This document shows, piece by piece, positions 59,105 through 64,000 of a stretch of DNA of 64,000 bases. The stretch spans positions 5,243-69,242 of the forward strand of contig CAINUN010000103.1 of the NCBI GenBank assembly GCA_903853805.1, in the 5' to 3' direction. The notes beneath the pieces were generated by a model. The model did no database searches. It saw only the letters and a program-made list of their open reading frames with translations, and was not told where the DNA came from. Position 1 is the stretch's first letter. Each line of letters opens with the position of its first letter. The translations under genes and the position numbers were made by a program. This DNA is from an uncultured Bacteroidota bacterium (lineage in GTDB: Bacteria > Bacteroidota > Bacteroidia > Chitinophagales > Chitinophagaceae).

Positions 59105-61777
59105 TTATTTAAATAATCCTTTCAAAGCATCTTTTGCTTTGTTCTTTGCATCTTGCTTGGCTTTTTCTACAGCAGCCTTGGTCTGTGCTTCTGCATCAGC
59201 TTTGGCTTTGTTAGCTGCATCGAATGCCTGTTGCTTGGCTTTATTAGCCGCTTCAATTCCTTGTTGTTTTAATTTATCTGCTTCTGCTTTTACTTTAGCT
59301 TCTGCATCAGCCTTTGCTTTTGCTAGTTCTTCCTTGGCTTTCGCTTCGGCTGCATCTTTCAAATCGTTGGCTTTACTTTTTAAAGCATCTTTCAACCCTG
59401 TTTTCACAGTTGGGTTCATATTCGTTCCACCAACTAACACATCAAATTTGATTCTGTCCGTTGATGAAAAATTTGCTCCATTTTGATTTGCTAATCCCAT
59501 CGCCTGGTCAATGGCAGCACCTGCTGCAGCGCCTAACATTTTACGTGGCATATCCATTTTTACCAAGTAATCAATTTTACTGTCTAATGATTGCGTTCCG
59601 GAAATATTCATCACCAAATCATTACTCTTCATATCGAATGGTTTGATTTCAATTTTTCCTTGGTGAATTTCAAACCAAGTTTTCAAATCTTTAATTGGTA
59701 ATTCGCTAGCACCTTTCATTTGCAGGGTTTCCATAATTTTTGCAATTGGTGGATAATTGCTGATGCTTCCACTAAAAATGGAGAAATAACCACTACCATT
59801 CATCGTTGCTAAATCGGGCGACATATCTGCCAACATTTTACCTGTCATGGTTAAATTGGTAGCGAATTTTCCCTTCGTAAATTCTGCAAATGGAGCTATT
59901 TTTTTAACGGTGTTAAATGTTTTGAACGATTCTTGAATGTCAAAGTCTTTGATGTCGTAATTCAGGTCAATATCGGGCAATACGGTGTTTTTAGTGGAAT
60001 AACCACCGCATATAGTCATAGAACCGCCAAGCATTTCCGCTTTCAGATTTTGCAACTGCATTTTTTCCTCTTTTATACTTACGCCACCATTTATATGTTG
60101 CATATCCATGTTGGTGTAGTGAATTTTATTCACTGCCGAAGTCATTACAAAATCTACATTATTCGGCACTTTGAAGATGGCAGTTTGGGTTGGTGCAGCC
60201 GTTTTTTGCTCCGTTGTAGGTGTCATCCATTCATCTACATTCAGATAATCTATTTGAATGTTCAGTTTTCCACCGATGGTTTGATTGGTTAAAGCATAGC
60301 CAATCACATTTTCCAAGCTTCCTGTTGCTTTGATATTGCTCTCACTCAATTTACAATCAAAGTTTATTAAATCAACATTTTGGGGATTGAAATGCATATT
60401 CATATCGCGTAACAAAATGCCTTTGGTAAAATCTTTTGAAGCGTATGCTATGTTTTTCAATAGCATATTGCCATCAGCATAAAAATTTTCGCAGTGTTTT
60501 TCTTGCACCGCTTTCAAACTTCCTTTCGCTGTTAAATCCATATCCATCAAACCACTCATTTTCGTAACGCCTTCCATTGGCATCATTTTATTGACTTCGC
60601 CTAAATCTAATTTGCCTTTAGCTTTCATATCTAGATTCATAGCTGTGGTAGGTTGGGTTAAAACCAAACTCAAATCAAATGGAGCAGTTCCCATCTCAAA
60701 ATGGCAAGCAGGGATTTTAATGGTTGCATTCGCCACATTGCCATCAGGGCAGTTTACATTCAAATCCAAATTGATTTTGTTAATCGCTTTTGGTAAGGAC
60801 GGGTATTGCACCATCCCATTTTTACAAACTAAGGTTACATTGTAAGCAGGCATTCTTGTATCATTATAAGTTCCTTTTACAAAACCATTAAAAGCCATGC
60901 TTCCTGCTGTTTTGATGTTGTTATAATCCTTAGTGAATGCACCGGGCACCAAAGAGAAAATGTTTTTGAAATCCGTTTGTTTGCTCGCAAATTTGATGTC
61001 CATATCCACATCTTCTTTAGGCATTGCTACCCAACCTTCAAACGCCAAAGTCAAGGCATTTAAGGTAAGTTCGTTATCCTTAAAAGTGTATTTGCTGTTC
61101 TTCGTATCAATTTCAAAACTCGCTTTGTAATCAGTTTTTACTTTGGTCAAATAATTAATGCCTCCAAAATTGTAAGTCAATTCTTCGATTGATGTTTGCG
61201 TAACTAATGTAAATAAGTCACTCGTAAAATCGCCACTGCCTTCATGATTCAAGCCTACTAACTTTGCAGATTGCTTTAAGGTTGCATCTTCCCAATTGAT
61301 GTACCCATTTTCAATGGCATATTTTTTCAACGAAAAATGAAATGGTTTGCTTTCTTCAGTAGGAGTAGTTTTTGAAGAATCGGGTTTCATAATATCATAA
61401 TTCGCTTTGCCGTTGCCTAATACTTTGGCAAAAATTCGTGGACTGCGCAAGTAAATAGCATTCACTGAATAATTACTTCCCTTCAAAACATCAAATAAAT
61501 TGATGGCTGTTTCAAATTGTTGGATGCTGCATAAGGTATCACCTTTGAATTCGTTAATTCCTACCACACTTAAATCATTCAGTGTGAAACTAAGATTGGG
61601 GAAGTGTTTCCATACACTCAAATCAACAGCACCAAAATCTACTTTGGCATTTACATTTTCATTAATTGCCGATTTTACTTTGGCTACAATTTTATCTTTA
61701 AACAAAAATGGCAAAACCGAAATAGCGGCTATTAGAAGAACTAATAGGACACCCGAAATGAGGAAGAATTTTTTCAT
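59105..61777 (-). CDS. AsmA-family protein with a Lys/Ala/Glu-rich C-terminal tail
   Basis: N-terminal TM anchor plus AsmA-like start (KVDFGAVDLSVWKHFPNLSFTLNDLSVVG); long beta-rich body; a ~95-aa KA(E/D)-rich tail. Confidence 0.75.
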   Translation of the reverse strand: MKKFFLISGVLLVLLIAAISVLPFLFKDKIVAKVKSAINENVNAKVDFGAVDLSVWKHFPNLSFTLNDLSVVGINEFKGDTLCSIQQFETAINLFDVLKGSNYSVNAIYLRSPRIFAKVLGNGKANYDIMKPDSSKTTPTEESKPFHFSLKKYAIENGYINWEDATLKQSAKLVGLNHEGSGDFTSDLFTLVTQTSIEELTYNFGGINYLTKVKTDYKASFEIDTKNSKYTFKDNELTLNALTLAFEGWVAMPKEDVDMDIKFASKQTDFKNIFSLVPGAFTKDYNNIKTAGSMAFNGFVKGTYNDTRMPAYNVTLVCKNGMVQYPSLPKAINKINLDLNVNCPDGNVANATIKIPACHFEMGTAPFDLSLVLTQPTTAMNLDMKAKGKLDLGEVNKMMPMEGVTKMSGLMDMDLTAKGSLKAVQEKHCENFYADGNMLLKNIAYASKDFTKGILLRDMNMHFNPQNVDLINFDCKLSESNIKATGSLENVIGYALTNQTIGGKLNIQIDYLNVDEWMTPTTEQKTAAPTQTAIFKVPNNVDFVMTSAVNKIHYTNMDMQHINGGVSIKEEKMQLQNLKAEMLGGSMTICGGYSTKNTVLPDIDLNYDIKDFDIQESFKTFNTVKKIAPFAEFTKGKFATNLTMTGKMLADMSPDLATMNGSGYFSIFSGSISNYPPIAKIMETLQMKGASELPIKDLKTWFEIHQGKIEIKPFDMKSNDLVMNISGTQSLDSKIDYLVKMDMPRKMLGAAAGAAIDQAMGLANQNGANFSSTDRIKFDVLVGGTNMNPTVKTGLKDALKSKANDLKDAAEAKAKEELAKAKADAEAKVKAEADKLKQQGIEAANKAKQQAFDAANKAKADAEAQTKAAVEKAKQDAKNKAKDALKGLFK

Positions 61778-61960
61778 TTACAAGAATTAAAAATTGTGAT
61801 TTGGAATTGCAAAAGTAAACATTCAAAACCTAAACAATTTGTAAACAACGATTAAGATGTTATTTTTTGAACATAGCTGAGGTGCATAGGCGAAACCTTA
61901 TGTACTCGTTTTGGAAACGAGGTCGATGTGAGGTCGAACTCAAAGGAAAACCGTTGTGTG

Positions 61961-62175
61961 AACGGAGCTCAATTCCCCAAACATCTCTTCTATTGATCAT
62001 TGAGAGTCGAAATCTACGGTGGTAAGGACGTAACGCATGTGCACTTTATTTGCAAACGGCTCCTGTTCTCCAAACGTCTCATTTATTGGGCATTGAGCGG
62101 AGTCGAAATGTAGGGTGGCAAGGAAGTTTGGCATCTGTACACAATTTGCAAACGGCTAACGCTTCCCTAAAGGCT
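61961..62175. repeat. ~95-bp tandem repeat, about 2.3 diverged copies
   Basis: Units start at 'aacgg' (61961, 62055, 62151) and share ccaaac.tctc.t.tattg..cattgag.g(ga)gtcgaaat.ta.ggtgg.aagga...tttgca. Confidence 0.6.
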
Positions 62176-62222
62176 TTGCTGTTAAGACATTTGTAGGACA
62201 TAAAAAACTTCTATAATGCTTA

Positions 62223-62390
62223 TTATCTAATTAAGTCAGAGGTTTTTACCTTTTTAATAACACCATTTTGAGAAAGAACAAAAATACCATTGGTTTGGCT
62301 TTTTGCTTTGAGCAATTTTTCAAATGTCATGTCTAATCCTTTCTTTACTCTTTCTCTAATATCAGAGTTTTCCAGTATTTTATTATTCAT
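62223..62390 (-). CDS. 55-aa hypothetical ORF, translationally coupled (ATGA overlap) to the upstream ATPase remnant
   Basis: It is below the ORF-track cutoff, so I translated it by hand: MNNKILENSDIRERVKKGLDMTFEKLLKAKSQTNGIFVLSQNGVIKKVKTSDLIR*. Confidence 0.35.
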   Translation of the reverse strand: MNNKILENSDIRERVKKGLDMTFEKLLKAKSQTNGIFVLSQNGVIKKVKTSDLIR

Positions 62391-62578
62391 AATTCGCAAT
62401 TTTTAATTTTATTCCAAATTTCGTTTTCATAAATTATTGCTGGAAAATTTAAGGCTCCTTCTGCAATAAATGTATAGGGGCTAGTAGAATTGTCAATAAC
62501 AATCCAATAGTCACAAATATCAATAAATGTAGTTGTTAAGTTGGATAACCCTTTATAGTATCTTCGGATAATTTCCTT
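62387..62578 (-). pseudogene. C-terminal remnant of a zeta-toxin/COG4185-like P-loop ATPase gene
   Basis: Hand translation: (RRK)EIIRRYYKGLSNLTTTFIDICDYWIVIDNSTSPYTFIAEGALNFPAIIYENEIWNKIKNCEL*. The 'IIRRYYKGL.N......D.W...DNS' end resembles the C-terminus of that family as I recall it. There is no N-terminal P-loop part, and the frame runs straight into the REP hairpin. Confidence 0.45.
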
Positions 62579-62580
62579 CC

Positions 62581-63270
62581 TGCGCGAGTCTCCTTTTTCA
62601 GGGACTCGCGCATGCTGTGAACAATGCTATTTCGTTTAATCATTTCCATTTATTTCCATCCATGAAGTTATGGAATAAACACCTTGAACACCTGTGTCAT
62701 AAAAGCTTGCAGAGCTGTGCGGATAACTAATCGTATCTTTTGCTAACTGCCATTTTCCTGAACAGGGGTTGTTGTGTATATAATTCAGTTTTTGTAACAA
62801 AAATTCTTGACTTTTACAGATTTTCATCTCAAATGAATCTTCAAATACATGGTGTATTTTACCTCGTTTACGGTCGCTTGGGTTTACCTTTTCACTGAGC
62901 TTTTTTAATATTTCAGTTTCTTTTTGTTCTGTTAGCCGTTGTACTATGTCGTAAGCCAAAAATCGCTTTCCGTTACCTATGATAGTGTTTAGACTTTTTC
63001 CATCAAAGTGATAATCAATTAGTAAATGTAGGTGGTTGGGCATGATAATATAGCCAACTATATTATGGTGATGTTTTTGTAAATAGTTAAACCATTTGTA
63101 AACAAGATCGTAAGCATTGGTTTTTTCAAAAAGGGGCAACCAATGACAGCAGGTAAACGTACAGAAATAAACACCGTTTTCGCTTATGTTAGGTTTTCTG
63201 ACTGCCATGGGTTAAAGTTAGCGATTCTGTCAATTGTATCGTGCGAGTCCCTTACAGGAGACTCGCACGG
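62581..63270 (-). mobile_element. REPtron: RAYT gene bracketed by inverted REP hairpins
   Basis: Left hairpin 62581-62612 (tgcgcgagtcTcct-ttttc-agggactcgcgca). Right hairpin 63240-63269 (cgtgcgagtccct-tac-aggAgactcgcacg). They share the gcgagtc core, and the bulged base is on opposite arms, so the two hairpins are inverted relative to each other. Confidence 0.7.
62636..63208 (-). CDS. REP-associated tyrosine transposase (IS200/IS605-like Y1 HUH transposase)
   Basis: HUH motif in IMPNHLHLLI and the catalytic-Tyr region LNYIHNNP. ~190 aa, typical of RAYTs. Confidence 0.8.
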   Translation of the reverse strand: MAVRKPNISENGVYFCTFTCCHWLPLFEKTNAYDLVYKWFNYLQKHHHNIVGYIIMPNHLHLLIDYHFDGKSLNTIIGNGKRFLAYDIVQRLTEQKETEILKKLSEKVNPSDRKRGKIHHVFEDSFEMKICKSQEFLLQKLNYIHNNPCSGKWQLAKDTISYPHSSASFYDTGVQGVYSITSWMEINGND

Positions 63271-63351
63271 GAATGAAAAAAAAGGCAAAAAGTAAACTTG
63301 CTAATAAAAAAACTATACATAACAAACAGTTAGCATAGCCTCCAAAAAGTA

Positions 63352-64000
63352 TTATCGGTTGACAATTAACTTTCGGGCTGTTGTGCCTTGCTTGGTAGTA
63401 ATGTTCACTATATAAACGCCGTTAGTCTCCAATTGAATAGTCGTTGTTTTTTGGCTAATTTGTATTTTTCTTAATGGTTGCCCTAATAAATCTGTAATGG
63501 TAATCGTGGCAAAATCATCAGAAAGCGCAATTGTAAACAACCCACTCGTAGGGTTGGGATAAATATTGATTGCATTGTCTTCAATAATAGTTGATACACT
63601 AGAAGGATTACAAATTACAGGAGTACCTGTTTGTTGTCCAACTGTAAGGGTGCCATTGGTCACTGTCCAATATTCATAATTGCCACCTGCTACTGTTGTC
63701 CAATCATTTAAGTTAACTGATTTTGAACTTGTAGGAGGATCGGTATAAGTTCCAGGACCAGTGATGCTATATAGTTTCACTCCATTTGTCCATGTCAGTG
63801 GCTGACCAACAACACAGGTTTCAGGGGCAGCACACCATTGACGCAAGAAATAAGCTTTTCCAAAGCCTACCACCATTCCCAATCCGTTTTCATTAATACA
63901 AATGGCAGTTTTTTCTTCGCAAGCAATTCCTTTGACATCAGTCATAGACGAGTCTTTGATCATGCGCGATAAAAAGGTCATGAGCCTTCCTTGTCTGCCA
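63352..64000 (-). CDS. T9SS-sorted secreted protein, N-terminus outside the window (possibly peptidase S51/cyanophycinase-like)
   Basis: The frame stays open to base 64000. The CTD is IYPNPTSGLFTIAL...GVYIVNITTKQGTTARKLIVNR. The GIACEEKTAICINENGLGMVVGFG segment is reminiscent of S51 enzymes (weak). Confidence 0.65.
   Translation of the reverse strand, partial: GRQGRLMTFLSRMIKDSSMTDVKGIACEEKTAICINENGLGMVVGFGKAYFLRQWCAAPETCVVGQPLTWTNGVKLYSITGPGTYTDPPTSSKSVNLNDWTTVAGGNYEYWTVTNGTLTVGQQTGTPVICNPSSVSTIIEDNAINIYPNPTSGLFTIALSDDFATITITDLLGQPLRKIQISQKTTTIQLETNGVYIVNITTKQGTTARKLIVNR

Overview
The window looks like a chromosomal segment of a low-GC Bacteroidota genome. The evidence is six proteins ending in type IX secretion (T9SS) C-terminal sorting domains, a GldB-like gliding lipoprotein next to nadE, a TonB-dependent receptor, and few Shine-Dalgarno sequences. 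All protein calls come from motifs I recognise in the supplied translations; no database search was run. Most of the window is ordinary housekeeping: cmk, a PolX/PHP protein, nadE, scpA, ispF, tpiA, L31 type B, htrA, purE/purK, a transsulfuration pair, a SulP transporter, a three-gene RND efflux operon, AsmA, and tRNA-Leu/Arg/Glu. Interspersed are accessory surface-protein genes: a 2067-aa GEVED/Ig-repeat adhesin, its smaller paralog, SBBP and beta-propeller cargo, and two visibly more AT-rich islands. I found no recognisable defence, toxin-delivery or biosynthetic system. The most unusual content is non-coding. There are two arrays of strictly phased 21-bp units built around short palindromes (18551-18950, 19 units; 46745-46895, 7 units). 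A 919-bp repeat-dense intergenic region holds three copies of a ~99-bp hairpin element and a perfect 22-bp palindrome. A ~300-bp tract upstream of the RND operon has almost only A and C on the + strand. Other notable items are a giant adhesin whose T9SS sorting domain is cut by two in-frame stop codons exactly where similarity to its paralog begins; a RAYT transposase flanked by inverted REP hairpins next to the C-terminal stub of a zeta/COG4185-like ATPase gene; a large signal-less protein with a metzincin-spaced HExxHxxxxxH motif; and a receiver-like protein lacking the phospho-acceptor Asp.
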